Source: Kofleriaceae bacterium
GTDB lineage: Bacteria; Myxococcota_A; Polyangia; Haliangiales; Haliangiaceae
Length of the DNA: 64,000 nucleotides
NCBI GenBank assembly: GCA_965215005.1
Contig: CBDCCZ010000004.1
Span: forward strand, 32,001-96,000
Direction: 5' to 3'
Shown here piece by piece: positions 62,841-64,000 of this stretch. The position numbers and the translations under genes are program-made. The notes beneath the pieces were generated by a model. The model was given only the letters and a program-made list of their open reading frames with translations. It had not been told where the DNA came from and searched no databases. How positions within the stretch are numbered: position 1 is the first letter of the stretch; each line of letters begins with the position of its first letter.

Positions 62841-64000
62841 ATGAGCGATATCGAAGACAAGCCCAAGAGCGCGCCCGAGCAGCTCAAGAAGCTGTGGGAC
62901 GAGCTGCCGCGCCGCCGCCGCATCATCTTGGTGGCGGCGGTGCTGCTCACGTTTGGCATCGTGGGCTATGTCGCGACGCGCGAGGTCGAGCCGCCGTACG
63001 CTGCGGTGGCCTCAGGGGTTTCGCACGAAGAGGCCGCGCGCATCGTCAAAGAGCTGCAGGCGCTAGGTGTGCCGTATCGGTTGCGAGCTTCGAGCACCAT
63101 CGTCGAGGTGCCCGAGAGTCGGGTCGACGACGTGCGTTTGGCGCTCACCGATGTCGGCGCGCTGCGCGGCCCCGGAACCGGCTTTGAGATCTTCGATCAA
63201 CAGAGCTGGTCGACGTCTTCGCGGGTCGAAGAGATCAACCTGCGGCGGGCGCTGCAAGGCGAGCTCGAGCGCACGATCGGTGGGTTCGCCGGCATCGAGT
63301 CGGCTCGGGTGCACATCGCGCCGGGGCGGCGCTCGGTGTTTCGCGAAGCCGACGAGCCGCCTTCGGCTTCGGTCAACCTAGTGCTGCGGCATGGCGCGAG
63401 CAAAGTAGATGTTCGCGGCATCGTTGCGACCGTGGCACGGGCGGTCGACGGCCTCGATCCCGAGCGCGTGGTCGTCACCGACGAGACCGGTCGCATCTTG
63501 TCCTCGGGAGATCCCGACGACGCCATCACCGATATGCAGACGCGGCTCGAGCAGACGCTGCGCAAGCGCATCAGCGACATGCTAGAGCGCGCCGTTGGGC
63601 CAGAGAACATCGAGGTCGTGGTCACCGCGGAGATCGATCAGTCGCAGGTCGATCAAACGGAGGAGCTGTTCGATCCGCAAGGTGCGGTGATTCGCACCGA
63701 GATTCGCAATCTCGAAGGCGCTACTAACGACGGCACGATTGGCGGCATCGCCGGCGCGCGGGGCAACTTGCCCGGCACCGACAACGCGCCACAAGCGGGA
63801 GCCGCCGGCAGCGATGCGGATCGCCTCAGCGAGCGTCGCGACTTCGAGATCAGCAAGGTCGTTCGCCGAACCGCCGGTCCCAAAGCCAAGATCAAGCGGC
63901 TGCACGTGGCGATTCTCGTCGATCATCGCGTGGTGCCCGCGGTCGAGGACGGCGCCGAGCCAACCACCGAGCCGCGCGGTACGCAAGAGCTGGCGACGCT
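62841..64000 (+). CDS. fliF: Flagellar MS-ring protein FliF (runs off the window end; absent from the ORF track)
   Basis: My translation from ATG 62841: N-terminal TM, GFEIFD, NLRRALQGELERTI, ARVHIA, PSASV, GGIAGARGNLPG. Confidence 0.93.
   Translation, partial: MSDIEDKPKSAPEQLKKLWDELPRRRRIILVAAVLLTFGIVGYVATREVEPPYAAVASGVSHEEAARIVKELQALGVPYRLRASSTIVEVPESRVDDVRLALTDVGALRGPGTGFEIFDQQSWSTSSRVEEINLRRALQGELERTIGGFAGIESARVHIAPGRRSVFREADEPPSASVNLVLRHGASKVDVRGIVATVARAVDGLDPERVVVTDETGRILSSGDPDDAITDMQTRLEQTLRKRISDMLERAVGPENIEVVVTAEIDQSQVDQTEELFDPQGAVIRTEIRNLEGATNDGTIGGIAGARGNLPGTDNAPQAGAAGSDADRLSERRDFEISKVVRRTAGPKAKIKRLHVAILVDHRVVPAVEDGAEPTTEPRGTQELAT

Noticed and set aside
62841..64000. Injectisome ring protein SctJ instead of FliF
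   Set aside because: No lipobox, longer than SctJ, and preceded by flagellum-specific flgB, flgC and fliE.

Overview
GC-rich chromosomal window from a Myxococcota (myxobacterium-like) genome. The assignment rests on a FrzS-like protein, a CarD/CdnL regulator, a MYXO-CTERM-tailed protease and many signalling genes. Housekeeping content includes fadD-like, crcB, gltX, a split nuoA-B-C-D-G-H-I cluster, pcm, hflX, ald, argJ, an ECF sigma/anti-sigma pair and a probable 6S RNA with its own promoter and terminator. The window ends in the start of a flagellar basal-body operon (flgB-flgC-fliE-fliF), preceded by a sigma54 activator, a sigma54 promoter and two enhancer-like boxes; flagella are unusual for this lineage. 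The most striking unexplained element is an intergenic array of six identical 64-bp hairpin units plus one diverged copy with compensatory base changes (5151-5594), upstream of a putative nucleoid-type winged-helix protein gene. Other leads are an orphan double-domain phage-tail-tube gene, a Cys-motif ParA paired with a ribbon-helix-helix gene, a structured RNA candidate upstream of an NRAMP transporter, and a recurring leaderless-promoter signature. No CRISPR array, tRNA, rRNA or transposase could be supported. All product calls come from motif recognition by eye, not database searches, and several start codons were re-picked and are approximate.
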